Origin: Methanotrichaceae archaeon
GTDB lineage: Archaea; Halobacteriota; Methanosarcinia; Methanotrichales; Methanotrichaceae
Length of the DNA: 64,000 nucleotides
Direction: 5' to 3'
Assembly: GCA_963803145.1 (NCBI GenBank)
Contig: CAWDLW010000015.1
Coordinates: 352,001-416,000, forward strand
Positions 41,177 through 52,833 of this stretch are shown here, one piece after another. The notes under the pieces were generated by a model. It was not told the DNA's origin. It saw only the letters and a list, made by a program, of their open reading frames with translations, and did no database searches. The position numbers and the translations under genes were made by a program. The first letter of the stretch is position 1. Every line of letters starts with the position of its first letter.

Positions 41177-42517
41177 ATGACGCTGAGGGGAATAATGGCT
41201 AAAAAGTCAGGTAGGTATTTAAGCGTATTAATGCTTCTCTGCATCTTTTGTATTGGTACAGCTGTTGCACAAAATGACGTTTACTGGGCGACGTGGGTAA
41301 CAAATACAACGACAAATTCTGCCACCATCAACTGGCATGGAGCCGCCGATGAAAAGGGCTCAATAGAATACGCCACGTCGAGCTATTATGATCAACACCA
41401 TAAGTTTGACAAAACAATAGAATATCCTAAAGTGGCAGCCCAGTATCGACATGTACAGCTTACCGGCCTTGAACCGAATACATCGTACACCTACTGGGTA
41501 AGACCTTCTGGCGATGCGTCAGCGTTTGGCAACCGCACATTCCGTACATTCCCGATTAGTGGGCCATTCACATTTATTGTAGTCGGCGACACAAGGGAAG
41601 GCATTAATTATACTGAAGCAAAACGGTTCAAGTACGTAGCAGATGCAGTCGCGAATGAATCAGATGCGCTTTTTGTCATCCATGTCGGAGATTTTGCTAG
41701 GTTTGATTATACACCTCGGTGGGCTACATTTTTCCAGTGTGCTGACAGGATGCTCTCGAAGTCCACATTTTTCCCGGTCATAGGGAACCATGAATATCAT
41801 AATCGCAGCAATGAAAATCTTGATGAAGAGCACTATATAGTTTGTCCTGAACATTGTATCCATTGCAATAACTGCGCCCCAGCTACCGATGCCGTTAATT
41901 ACAAGTCGGCGTTTGATATACCATTGAACTATTCTTTTGACTGTGCGGGTGTCAGATTTATCGTCTTGAACTCGCCGGATCCGATTTCCAATTGTTGCGA
42001 TGATCCGCAGACCTCCCTGGCCCTTGCAGAGAGTCAGGCGCCCTGGCTTCAACAGCAACTGGACAATAACATGGTGGGGACATTTACCCTACATCACCAT
42101 CCGATCTGGGATGCTGGAAGAACCACAATGAACTTGGATCTAAAGCCATGGGAAAACCTGTACCATCCCTACAATATTAGCGCAAATTTCGCAGGTCATA
42201 CCCACAATTACCAGAGATATAATATAAGCGGGATACCATATTTCATAGTCGGCAATGGGGGGGCTCCGAATGATGATGTCAACAACTCTACCAAATATCC
42301 GATTGGGTTAAAGTCGGTTTTACCAATGCAACTTGGGTATATTAAGGTCGCTGTAGATCCGGCAAATAATACGGCTACAGCATGGGAGATTACCGTCGGC
42401 AAGCTTATGTGGTGGGAAGATAACGAGACACCTCAGTTATATAATCCACCAGTCATTAATGACACAATCACATTCCCGCTTCATCATGATACATGCTCGG
42501 ACATCGCCGGTCATTAA
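41177..42517 (+). CDS. Secreted purple acid phosphatase-like metallophosphoesterase with FN3 domain
   Basis: Signal peptide, LTGLEPNTSYTY, GDT, VGDF, GNHE, HHP, GHTH. Confidence 0.88.
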   Translation: MTLRGIMAKKSGRYLSVLMLLCIFCIGTAVAQNDVYWATWVTNTTTNSATINWHGAADEKGSIEYATSSYYDQHHKFDKTIEYPKVAAQYRHVQLTGLEPNTSYTYWVRPSGDASAFGNRTFRTFPISGPFTFIVVGDTREGINYTEAKRFKYVADAVANESDALFVIHVGDFARFDYTPRWATFFQCADRMLSKSTFFPVIGNHEYHNRSNENLDEEHYIVCPEHCIHCNNCAPATDAVNYKSAFDIPLNYSFDCAGVRFIVLNSPDPISNCCDDPQTSLALAESQAPWLQQQLDNNMVGTFTLHHHPIWDAGRTTMNLDLKPWENLYHPYNISANFAGHTHNYQRYNISGIPYFIVGNGGAPNDDVNNSTKYPIGLKSVLPMQLGYIKVAVDPANNTATAWEITVGKLMWWEDNETPQLYNPPVINDTITFPLHHDTCSDIAGH

Positions 42518-42539
42518 TGACACGATCACATTCCCGCTT
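42448..42539 (+). repeat. 33-bp direct repeat duplicating the phosphatase C-terminal PVINDTITFPL
   Basis: CCAGTCATTAATGACACAATCACATTCCCGCTT vs CCGGTCATTAATGACACGATCACATTCCCGCTT. Confidence 0.8.
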
Positions 42540-42852
42540 AAGGTCAATGGAATCTATGCTTCCGCCACCAATCGCAATGCCAGCAAATTAGTAAACAAAG
42601 AGCAAATAGGGATAGGCGGCAAGCATGCGCAGGCGTACGGATCTGGGTCGGCGATGAACAAGATCACTACAGAAACCTCTCAGGTACATTGAGCACAATA
42701 ATGCCCTAAATGGGCGATCTTTTATCTTTTTATTTCTCAACTCAAGTGCCAATTCTGCAGTGGGAGCTAAGCACATACTATAATGAAAATACTTATATTT
42801 TCCAAACCCGCATTCATCAACAAGTTATTTAAAAACGATTTGAAACCAAGAG

Positions 42853-44676
42853 ATGCCAATGCAAAAGATCAAACTATTAGATGAGGACACCATAAACAAG
42901 ATAGCAGCAGGCGAGGTAATCGAGCGGCCAGCCTCAGTCGTGAAGGAGCTTGTCGAAAACTCCATAGATGCGGGAGCCACCAGGATTTTGATAGAAGTGG
43001 AGGATGGCGGCAAGAGCCTTGTAAAGGTAACCGATGACGGCTGCGGCATCGATCGTGAAGACCTGTCCCTGGCCTTCCAGAAACATGCCACCTCCAAGAT
43101 CTCTGGAGCCGAAGACCTTGGGAACATCTCGACCTTGGGATTCCGGGGTGAAGCATTGGCCAGCATCGCCAGTGTGGCCAGATCAGTCGAAGTCTATACC
43201 AAAACCAGATCCGCCCTGACTGGAACCTCTCTATTGATAGAGAATGGCAAAACAACTCAAGTCAAGGAGATCGGCTGTCCCATTGGCACCAGCATAGCTG
43301 TCAGGAACCTATTCAGCAACGTCCCGGCCAGACGTAAGTACCTGAAGAGCGCCAGCGACGAGCTGGCCCGCATCATCGGCCTGGTCCAGGAGCTGGCAGT
43401 GATCAACTATGGAATCTCCTTCGAGCTTTTCACAGGGAAAAGAACCATCTTCAAATCACACAAATCATCAGGCTGGGACGATGCGCTGCTGAAGATCCTG
43501 GGTTTGGAAGTGGTCAAGGGACTCATACCCTTTGAGGCAGAGATCAAAGACTGCAAGATAACCGGCTCAGCTGGAGATCCACTGACCACCAGGAGCAGTC
43601 CGGACTGGATCTACCTGTACGTGAATAACAGATCAGTTACCTCTAAGGCTCTGCTGTCGTCACTTCGAGAAGCTTACAGGACATTGATACCTCTGGGCAA
43701 AAATCCAATAGCCGTCATATCTCTGGAGATCAGCCCAACTCTGATAGATGTGAATGTCCACCCGGCAAAGAAGGAGATCCGGTTTCTCAAGGAAGATGAA
43801 ATAGCCGCCCTGCTGACAAATGCCGTGATCAAAGCTCTTCAATCGCGGTCTGAAATAAGGCCGATCTCAGGACAGAATGGGCAAAGGCCGACGGCTGCTC
43901 TGCCTGAGAATAAGGACAGGATAATAACCCATCCAGGTGAGCAAAAAACGCTTCCTTTGGGCCAAAGCTCTGATCGTGTCGGGGTGATGCTGGCACTGGA
44001 GAAAACCCTTCAGCCGGAACAACCAATAGAGGGTGCGGTCAGTGGTACAATCGACAGCGCCAGTGGCCAGGAAGCTAAACCTGAAAAAGAACCTGAGAAA
44101 CTTCCCAGGTTGAGTATTCTGGGGCAGATCCAGAAGCTGTACATAGTGGCGGAGAGCGAGGAAGGACTGATGCTGATAGACCAGCATGCGGCCGCAGAGA
44201 GGATCAGGTTCGAGATGCTGAGTGAAAAGTACAGGACCAAAAACATCGCCCAGGAGCTGGTGGAGCCGGTGACCATCGAGCTGACACCAAAAGAGCAGGT
44301 TCAACTGGGATCCTGGCTGGAAGTGTTGAGCGATATAGGCTTTGATATCTCTCATTTTGGAGGAGGCACCTATAATATCAGATCTGTTCCTGCAATTGGG
44401 TCGAAGCTGGAAAGCCCTCAGGCGGTGCATGACGTTCTGAGAGATCTGTTTTCTTCAGGCAAAATTGGACCCGATTCGACCAACCGTGAAGAAATACTGA
44501 AGCTCCTGGCCTGTCGGGGCTCAATCAAGTCAGGAAAAGAGCTGACATTGGAGGAGATGAAGGAGCTCTTGAAGAAGCTTTTTGCCTGCGAGAGCCCCAG
44601 GACCTGTCCCCATGGAAGGCCGGTAGCAGTAGTCTTGGATGAGGAGGAGCTTGAGAGGCTCTTTGGAAGGAGATAG
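42853..44676 (+). CDS. mutL: DNA mismatch repair endonuclease MutL
   Basis: IAAGEVIERP, GFRGEAL, DVNVHP, DQHAAAERIRFE, ACR, CPHGRP. Confidence 0.97.
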   Translation: MPMQKIKLLDEDTINKIAAGEVIERPASVVKELVENSIDAGATRILIEVEDGGKSLVKVTDDGCGIDREDLSLAFQKHATSKISGAEDLGNISTLGFRGEALASIASVARSVEVYTKTRSALTGTSLLIENGKTTQVKEIGCPIGTSIAVRNLFSNVPARRKYLKSASDELARIIGLVQELAVINYGISFELFTGKRTIFKSHKSSGWDDALLKILGLEVVKGLIPFEAEIKDCKITGSAGDPLTTRSSPDWIYLYVNNRSVTSKALLSSLREAYRTLIPLGKNPIAVISLEISPTLIDVNVHPAKKEIRFLKEDEIAALLTNAVIKALQSRSEIRPISGQNGQRPTAALPENKDRIITHPGEQKTLPLGQSSDRVGVMLALEKTLQPEQPIEGAVSGTIDSASGQEAKPEKEPEKLPRLSILGQIQKLYIVAESEEGLMLIDQHAAAERIRFEMLSEKYRTKNIAQELVEPVTIELTPKEQVQLGSWLEVLSDIGFDISHFGGGTYNIRSVPAIGSKLESPQAVHDVLRDLFSSGKIGPDSTNREEILKLLACRGSIKSGKELTLEEMKELLKKLFACESPRTCPHGRPVAVVLDEEELERLFGRR

Positions 44677-44830
44677 CTTGTTTGAACTTTCGTGTCCCTT
44701 GTGATCTGTGCGGTTGAACCTCCGATGATGTTATTTTTTCAAGCTGTTATCCGCAGGCGGAATCCGTAAATGGCAGCATAGTTAAGCAATTGATCGTTAG
44801 GCAATAAAATCGTTGAGTAGTAGAGTCCTT

Positions 44831-44958
44831 GAACCAATTATTAGCAGCAAATACATACACTTCTAGCGCACCCGCGCGTCTGGTGATCTCGCGCGCTAAT
44901 GGTTAACGGGGCGCGCTCAGACGCCGCGCGGGCTTGCCCCTGACCCCTCTTCGGAGGA
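44831..44958. repeat. GC-rich structured non-coding repeat, copy 1
   Basis: About 125 bp homologous to 47576-47700; nested inverted repeats. Confidence 0.75.
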
Positions 44959-45160
44959 ATGTTTCAGAAAGCGATAGGCTACAAGGTTGATGAGAACAAG
45001 ATGAACGAATCCCTCTTACGTTGAAGACGAATACTATGATTCTTTCGATGGTTGGTTTTTGATGATATCCTATGGAAGAACCTATAAGCTAAGCATCTCC
45101 ATTACCACCAGATGCTATTAAGTCATATCGCTTGGATTTCAATTCATTTCTATCTAAATT

Positions 45161-46558
45161 CTGTACTCTCCAACTTTTTCATAGCTTTATATTTATAGCT
45201 ATATTTTCTTTTACCATTAAAATTAATTCTTGATACAAAATAGATTTATTTATAAAAGTATTTTACTATGTCATGATCAAATTAGTTAAGATTCCATTAC
45301 AGTTAGAGCCATTTCTAAAAGAATTTAAAGATTTATTCACCATACCGAGCTATAATTCTTTCTGTGATATGATTTCAGCACTGAGCGTATGTGATAAATC
45401 TAAGACCATCGCACACCTTAGTGATGCTATGGCAAAGGATCGAGAATGTACGAAATCACGCTCTTCCTATAATTGGTTCTTTAGTGATGCAATCTGGGAT
45501 GAGAACGAAGTAGCTCAGCGCAGTGCGGATCTATTTATAGAAGCTCTTCAGTTAAGTGCAAGCGACAAAATATTATTAATTATAGACGATACATATAATG
45601 AAAAGGAAGGGAAATGTACTGATGGCGTGGGCAAGTTTTACGATCATTGCAAAGATGACTATATTATGGGTAACAACTTTGTTACCTCAGTCCTCCAATC
45701 TAGAGGTATATTTATACCACATAAAGCAAAAATGTATACTAAAGAGATAGACAGCAGTGAAGATTTCATGACTAAAATAGAAATCGCTTATAAAGATATC
45801 ATCGAGCCCTTAAAAATACCAAAAGGCTTGAGTCTTTATGTTGTTTTCGACAGCTGGTGGTTTTCTGCTGATTTTATAACTAAATGCCTGAACTTAGGTC
45901 ATCAAGTCGTTTGTGAAATTAAGTCTAATAAAAAGGTATGGATAAATAAGGATATGTCCTTCCAGGTCAGGGACTTGGCAAATCAGATTGACGAAATTTA
46001 TTATAGAAGAACTGCAGTCCAAGTTCGCGGCAAGAAGAAGGTATATTATGCAATCGAAAAAGAAGTCATCTTAGATAAGATTGGCAAAGTAAAGCTAGTC
46101 ATCTCAAAGAAAAAGAAAAATGGTGACGCCAACTACTTTATTAGCACCAATTGTTCACTATCTTTGGTAGAAATCCTTTCTATTTATGAGGATAGGTGGG
46201 ATATTGAGACTGCTCATAGAGAGTCAAATCAAAAATTGGGATTCAAGGATTATCAATTAAGAGGAAAACGATCAATTGAAAGATTTATTCAGATGGTTTT
46301 CTCAGTCTGGACAGCTATCGTTTTATATGAACTCAAAAACCCACCAGTGGAAAGAAATCAACAAAATAGAACGATTGGAGATATGATAGATAGTATAAAG
46401 GCTCAAGCATTCATTGATGCCTTTATATATGTATTACAATACTTTAATTTGCCAGTTCCTGATAGTGGTTTACTCTATCTAATCAAAGAACAGGGATATA
46501 AGATATGACTTGATATAGAATGGAGATTATAAATTGGTGAGAAACTTGGAGAGTACAG
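45161..46558 (+). mobile_element. IS701/IS4-like DDE element (transposase 45273-46508)
   Basis: TIR CTGTACTCTCCAA/TTGGAGAGTACAG; TSD TAAATT; IIDDT, FDSWW, YEDRWDIE motifs. Confidence 0.88.
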
Positions 46559-46704
46559 TAAATTCTTCATTAATATACAATTATGTCCTCCCTTATTAAG
46601 CAGTAGACTTCCTGATTTATGGCTCGAACAACCGTAATAGTCCACTTAACAAAAGGATGTACTTTTATAGGAAATAATGCAACATTAATTGAGCTGCAAA
46701 TCAT

Positions 46705-47266
46705 ATGACATCCCCGAACCTAAGATCTGTAGTCAGCAACACCGGACCGCTGATCTCGGCTTTACAATCCGATTGCATGCATATCCTGCTACAGTTCTAT
46801 GACCAAATCCATATCCCGGCTGAGGAGCTGCGTGAATATCAGAGGCATGGTGCGGGAATGGAGGTCCAGGCGCTTATGAATGCTGGCATCTTAGTAGTTC
46901 ACAGGGATATAACCGCATTAGAGAACGAAGCCGCCAGAACCATTGCGCAAGAAATATCGTGCCACCATGCCACCAGAGATAAAGATCCATCTCACCATCT
47001 CCCTGAGTCGTTAGCTATAGTTCTGGTTCAAAGAAGCGAACTGGGTGCAGTTGAGCTGCTCATCGATGAATTGGCTGCAAGAGATGTTGCCCCGCAAGCG
47101 AGGAGTTCCCATAATAGGATTTCCCGGTATTCTGATTCGTGCCTGCAGGCAGGATATGATGGAACCGAAGGATGTTGAGAGTGCCCTGGAAGAATGCTCG
47201 AGTCAAGGAACTCACTACTCTCCCAAGCTTATTAATGAGATATACCAGAAGCTGAAGAGGCCATAA
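46705..47266 (+). pseudogene. PIN-domain (DUF3368-like) toxin, frameshifted near 47090
   Basis: VVSNTGPLI...LLIDELAARDVA continues in another frame as RKRGVPIIGFPGILIRA. Confidence 0.7.
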
Positions 47267-47268
47267 AA

Positions 47269-47535
47269 ATGAAAAAGAAATATGCTCCACATGAGTCTGA
47301 AGAAGATGTGCTATCAGCGGATGATGCTTTTTTGGATGCAGAGCAGTCCGAAGCCAGATGGCAAAGCTTTGAAAGAGATCAAAGGATGCATCGGCTATTG
47401 TTGGAACTACCTGAACCGGCCTTTTCCAAACTTGAGAAGTTAGCAATGCAACGCAGAAAGACAGTTTCAAATCTGGTAGAAGAGGTCATCACCAACCTAG
47501 TGGATACCTTTGCCCTCCCTGAAGATAAAGCCTGA
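47269..47535 (+). CDS. Small putative antitoxin / ribbon-helix-helix-like protein
   Basis: LELPEPAFSKLEKLAMQRRKTVSNLVEEVI; adjacent to PIN gene. Confidence 0.5.
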   Translation: MKKKYAPHESEEDVLSADDAFLDAEQSEARWQSFERDQRMHRLLLELPEPAFSKLEKLAMQRRKTVSNLVEEVITNLVDTFALPEDKA

Positions 47536-47575
47536 GGAATGGATTGAGTCCAGTGTTTAGGAACATAAATTCCAT

Positions 47576-47700
47576 GAACCTATTAGCAGGAAATCCATGC
47601 GTTTCTGGCGCTACCCGCGCGTCTGGAGATCTCGCGCGCTAGCTGTTAACGGGGCGCGCTCAGACGCCGCGCGGGCTTGCCCCTGACCCCGCAAGCGGGG
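47576..47700. repeat. GC-rich structured non-coding repeat, copy 2
   Basis: Homologous to 44831-44958. Confidence 0.75.
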
Positions 47701-47938
47701 AACAATTTAGCAAGGTATGTAATATCCGGTTGACCTAACCATTTGCCATCGAGTCATAGTGCTGACTTATTATCCATCCTCATCCAATCGGCCGATGTTT
47801 TTCGTATAATCGATGTCCATCCCCTTTATCCCCTATGAAGGAATGCCAAAACATAGGGATATTACTGCAAACAATCTTTCCGCCTGGCCTACTATATAAT
47901 CAGGATATACGCACCGGAGACACAGGTCATACATACTA

Positions 47939-49121
47939 GTGCAGCATAACACAAGTTTTTTATCCTAGCAAGTCCTTATGATCGCTAATCATGTCGAGGA
48001 AAACAATATTCGTCGTAAAATTGACAGATGAGGGTCGGGAATATCTGAACCAGTTTATTCGCCATGGAAAGGCATCTGTAAGAAGCGTGACTCGAGCCAG
48101 GACACTGCTCATGGCAGACGAAGGTTACTCCAATAAAGATATCGTAAAGATTCTAAAAATAACCAGACCTACGGTTAACAGTACAAGGAAAAGGTACTGC
48201 CGGGAAGGTTTGGACTCTGCAATAAACGATAAACCAAGAAGCGGCGCACCTCCAAAGATAGATGGAAGGATTGAGACACAAGTTACCCTTCTTGCCTGTT
48301 CGAAACCACCGGAAGGCAAATCGACCTGGACTCTGAAGCTTTTAGCCGATAGGCTCGTGGAAATGGAGGTAATAGAATCCATATCTACCATGACCGTTCA
48401 GAGGATCTTAAAAAAAGCGAGACCAAGCCTTGGCAGAAGGTTAGATGGTGTATTGGCGAGATAGCAAGCGATTACATCATGCATATGGAAGATGTGCTGG
48501 ATCAATATGAGCAACCCTATGATCCTAAGCATCCTTTAATCTGCATGGATGAGATGCCATGCCAATTGATAGACAACGTTTTAGTTCCTATTCCTCCTAA
48601 ACCTGGAAAATCACAAAAAGTCGATTTTGAATATCGCCGTAATGGTACATGCTGTGTTTTCATCGCCTTTGATCCACATGCTCGTTGGAGAACAATATCT
48701 GTTGAAGAACACCGGACGAAAATTGATTATGCCCATTTTATGAAAGGGCTTTCCCAGAAATATCCTGAGGCAGAATACCTTAAAGTTGTCCAGGATAACC
48801 TTAACACTCACTCATCTGGTTCATTTTATGAAGCATTCTCGCCTGAGGAGGCGTTCCAGCTTGCCAAGAAGTTTGAGTTCCATTTTACTCCAAAGAAGGG
48901 TAGCTGGCTTAACATGGCTGAGATTGAGTTCTCGGCTCTTTCAAGGCAATGCTTGAACCGACGAATTGGCGATATCAAAACTTTAGCCAAGGAAGCGAAA
49001 GCTTGGGAACAGGATCGGAACAGGGCTAAAGTAGCTATTCGATGGAAGTTCACCAAAGCCAATGCAAGAGAGAAGTTCTGTAGGCATTACCTTAAGATAA
49101 AGAATTAATGTTATGATGTAC
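47939..49121 (+). mobile_element. IS630-family element (orfA 47991-48464, orfB 48479-49108)
   Basis: Imperfect TIR GTGCAGCATAAC/GTTATGATGTAC within CTAG targets; MDEMP, DNLNTH, SWLNMAEIE. Confidence 0.88.
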
Positions 49122-50205
49122 TAGAGTCTGCCAAGCCTCCACCTAAATCAAAATACTTTTTAAGAACATAATCTACAGAACGGACAATAAAAGAAACTGG
49201 TGGTCCGGGTGTGTAGTATACGCCACGCCGTTCTCTCAACTCAGGATCGTATGCATTAAGGAATCCTTCATAGAAATGAACTATCGGATCTTCCTGTTTA
49301 GTCTTTTTTCCAAAATCTGCTAGAACCCTCTTGATGTCGGTGTTTGCCAAAATTTGGACCACGTAGTCAACATAATTCACATAGGGCTCCTCATCAAGAG
49401 CGGTTCCTGTTATAGTCTCAAAGAGCTGACGCAGAAATGGATTTGTTTTAGGGATTTCTCTTGCTGCACCAAGCCTTTGGAAGGACTCATGGCCTTTGTG
49501 GTTACATCGTGCCGCAAAGAGTCCATAAACAATGGTCTGGGCATACATGTCAGCAAATTCATCAGTCTTCTCAGCCCGATCCATATCTGGAATTAAAACG
49601 CTGGCGAAAGCTTTCCGCAGATTCCAAAGCTGGCTGGTGGCCTTTTCAATACGGAATGCTTCCACAATTACATCCCTAATCGCGTGAGCTAGATACGCCA
49701 GGCGTTGGGAGAGCTCATTAGCGGAGGTGATAGGTTCTACTGGTTGATTAAGAAAATTCTCTAGAAGAGTAACAACGCTCTCTAATCCATTCTTGTCTTG
49801 AATAATCTTTCCATCTTTGTTCAGCCTGGCTAAGCATGCCGTTTCAAGAGGCGAATTCTTCGAATACCAGCGAAATTCTAAATAATCGGTAAGTATAAGG
49901 TTATCTAAATTTTTGAGATAACGTTCCAGTTGTTCTGACTCCTCTGCTTCGTCTAGAGATTTTCCGATGTCTTTAGCCTCAATGTGTCCAATAATTAGAT
50001 TATCTTTCTTAATAATGAAATCCGGCGCTCCACAACTAACTCGCTTCGGCTCATTGATGGCTATAATATCAGACCTGAGCGACTCTATTAATCCTTTTAA
50101 TGCGGCTCTATATGTGTGCTCAGTGGCGCTTCCAGTCTCAAACTCTCTCTTTATTTTCGCCAGATATGATTTTGCCAATTCAATGGTTGCCTTGGAAGCT
50201 ACCAA
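49122..50205 (-). pseudogene. Truncated type IIG/ISP-like restriction-modification enzyme (nuclease plus start of N6-MTase)
   Basis: PDF...IEAK nuclease, HFYEGFLNAYDPELRERRGVYYTP; cut by IS630 before the SAM-binding motif, no continuation beyond the IS. Confidence 0.8.
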
Positions 50206-50409
50206 TTATCTATCCTCCAGTAGCTTCATTCATCGCTTACACGAAAAAGCTTGCGGAGGATAAATCTCTTGTAGTAAATCATTTTGGCATGATTATCACA
50301 GACATTGACTATCTAAGCACTATCGATATGTTCCTGAGGTCATTCGCGATAACCCCACGATCAATCATATCATTTATCGCACTTTCAGGCTTGAAATCGT
50401 TGGCGGTAA

Positions 50410-50562
50410 CTAGGCCGCAGCCACTGCCCTAATCTGAGTCGTTTCACCTACATGCAGGCCAGGTCCAGTCAGCAGTAAGAGGATACACCTTTCCCTATCG
50501 CCCTTGGCGGCCTTCAATAGAGCATTGAACTCTGTGATGGTGAGTAATTTCTCAGGCTCCAT
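50410..50562 (-). pseudogene. Tyrosine integrase remnant
   Basis: MEPEKLLTITEFNALLKAAKGDRERCILLLLTGPGLHVGE (GLRxxE-like box), then stop. Confidence 0.55.
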
Positions 50563-50939
50563 GCTTGCCAGGATAGCCCTCATGTTACTTCAAATTTCTG
50601 ATTATGTCTCAAATCAGAAATTATTATCGATAGCAGCGAGTTGATATGCCCGAAGATGCATCATGGTATGTATGGGATTATATAAAGATATCACCAAAGG
50701 TAGCAATTATGCATTTTAATTTTGGCAGTCATTTTTATGTGAATCTACACTGGCTCTTAGGTTCTATAATCCCATGTTCTCGAGAGAGGGACCAAAACTT
50801 ATTTGTATGGAAAGATGCAAATTAATGCGAATATAAATGATGTTTTGGCGAGGACGAAGAAATAAAAGTGCCAAATGCCTCCCATATCATCTTTCTCGCC
50901 AGACCATTTCTAAGAAAGACGACAAGAAGGGAGATAAAT

Positions 50940-51080
50940 ATGGATGAGAAAGTATTATTAAAAGCACTGTTTGTAGTTGTAGGTGTGGTGGCATTGGTCT
51001 ATTGGGGAGTCCCTTTGGGAGTACTTGTATTCCTTGCCTGCGCTATTGGGCTGTATCTAACAGACAAGGGAAAACTTTGA
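50940..51080 (+). CDS. Small membrane protein
   Basis: GGGAG RBS, two hydrophobic segments. Confidence 0.5.
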   Translation: MDEKVLLKALFVVVGVVALVYWGVPLGVLVFLACAIGLYLTDKGKL

Positions 51081-51437
51081 AAATGAGCCAAAGACAGAAG
51101 GCTAGCGGAGTTGTTAGGGCTACCTATATAAATTATTTTAATTAAATCATTTAAGATCTGCACGTATTATCAACTCTTTTGAATATTATATCTCCACGCA
51201 ATCATAAAATCTGGAGCGTAAAGGCACGCCTTTGAGGATCGGAAAGAGATTTATAAAATGTTTCTCTAGTTTTTGAGATCCGAAAAATGAAGAAATAATT
51301 TTACAGGTTATACATATCTATGGTGTCTGGGATGGTTTGAAATTGCATTTATATTGTTATTGATTTGCGTAGCTAACGTTCGCGGAAATACGCCCTTTCT
51401 ATGGCTTCTTTAAGCTTCTAAGAGGTATCCAGCCTAT

Positions 51438-51881
51438 TCAATAGTATCCAATCAGGTAACGATTCATGAACTGAACAATATCCTGAAGCATAGATTTTAG
51501 TGCATAGAGATATGCTCGTCTAGATAAATCCTGTTCTTGTTGTGCCATTGTATCTACTTTGTTGCTAATATCATTAATTTGAGCCTGTTGGCTAATTAGT
51601 TGTTGTTGTGTAGATGGCGGTATCGTGCTCATTGGGGAAGAGGGGGGTAATTTCGTGCTAATTGGGGTGGACGGTCCTGAATACGCTATATTTGGTTCCG
51701 AATACCCTATACTAATTGTAGACAGCCCTTCATCGGAAGGCGTAGAGGATGCCGGGCATTGGCCTCCATTTTGGCACGTACAACTAGGAATACCACAGCC
51801 ACATGTACAATCACCTTGGGCTGTGGATAGCGATGCTGCTATAAGACATAATATTATTGCAGCTACTTCAATAAAGCGCAA
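51438..51881 (-). CDS. Secreted protein with Cys-rich N-terminus and coiled-coil C-terminus
   Basis: Signal peptide, CTCGCGIPSCTC, Q-rich heptads. Confidence 0.55.
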   Translation of the reverse strand: MRFIEVAAIILCLIAASLSTAQGDCTCGCGIPSCTCQNGGQCPASSTPSDEGLSTISIGYSEPNIAYSGPSTPISTKLPPSSPMSTIPPSTQQQLISQQAQINDISNKVDTMAQQEQDLSRRAYLYALKSMLQDIVQFMNRYLIGYY

Positions 51882-52111
51882 TTTGTTCCCTCCTTATTTT
51901 TCCATCTTTAGTGTTAATCCCCCGTTTATTAAGATAAATACCTTGAGGTGTTAAGTGCGGGGTTTTCATTCCCCACACATATTAGCATATACAGAACCGG
52001 CATCAATAGGCCAGGTCTTAAATGGCGGCCTGATGGTTACCAGTAAGCCTATCACAACGCTCCTTTGGCGTTAATTTTATCCTGAAGCATCAACCATAGC
52101 ATTAAGATGCC

Positions 52112-52375
52112 ATGAACCCAGAGGCCATCTTGGCAGTTCTTCCTGACAACAAAGAGGATGCCCTATCCATGAAAGAGATTGCTCTCGCGTTGGGCCTGGA
52201 TATTTCTTCCTATACTGCAGCGGGCAGAACAAAGCGCCAGCTTTCCAGAACCCTCAGGTCATTAATAAAATGGGGATGGGTGGGTTGCGATCGAAGACAG
52301 GGCGAGAACGGCCATAAATTCTGGCATAATGCATACTGGAAAACAGAGCCGACAAAGCAACCAAGATCACCTTAG
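52112..52375 (+). CDS. Winged helix-like small protein
   Basis: LSMKEIALALG...LSRTLRSLIKWGWV. Confidence 0.5.
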   Translation: MNPEAILAVLPDNKEDALSMKEIALALGLDISSYTAAGRTKRQLSRTLRSLIKWGWVGCDRRQGENGHKFWHNAYWKTEPTKQPRSP

Positions 52376-52779
52376 AACTTCATATCCCCTTCATAGATCT
52401 GAGCGCCCAAACTTGTTGCTTCCTCTACTGCTGCCGAGTCCTTCATGAGGAATATCCTCTCGTTCGCTATTTCTTTGGTGGCAACCGAGTTTTTCAGGAT
52501 CTCAGCATATTGGGCCTTCTTCGGAAGCTTAACCATATAGTCCTTCAGGTCCTCTACTAGGTCATAATCAAAGCCATTACGTTCGAGGAGCTTGAGGGCA
52601 TTGTTTCTCGCGCCAACGCTCTTGAACTCGAAGCGATACTGGTTCTTATTGTAGTGATCCAGCAACGCTTCAAATAGCTCCCTGTTCTCGAAAAAGTACT
52701 TGAAGATCCAGAGCTTGCCTACTTTGAATAAATTAACATGTTTGCGCTTTTCGATAACTTCAAAGGTGCTTGCGCTCAT
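52372..52779 (-). CDS. Hypothetical protein
   Basis: 135-aa ORF with GAGGG RBS. Confidence 0.6.
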   Translation of the reverse strand: MSASTFEVIEKRKHVNLFKVGKLWIFKYFFENRELFEALLDHYNKNQYRFEFKSVGARNNALKLLERNGFDYDLVEDLKDYMVKLPKKAQYAEILKNSVATKEIANERIFLMKDSAAVEEATSLGAQIYEGDMKF

Positions 52780-52833
52780 ATGGTTTTATCCCTCAATCTC
52801 TTCTTTACGGATCTCAATTCATGGAAGCTGGGG

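Noticed and set aside
42853-44676. mutL without adjacent mutS
   Set aside because: mutS may lie elsewhere in the genome; cannot be judged from this window
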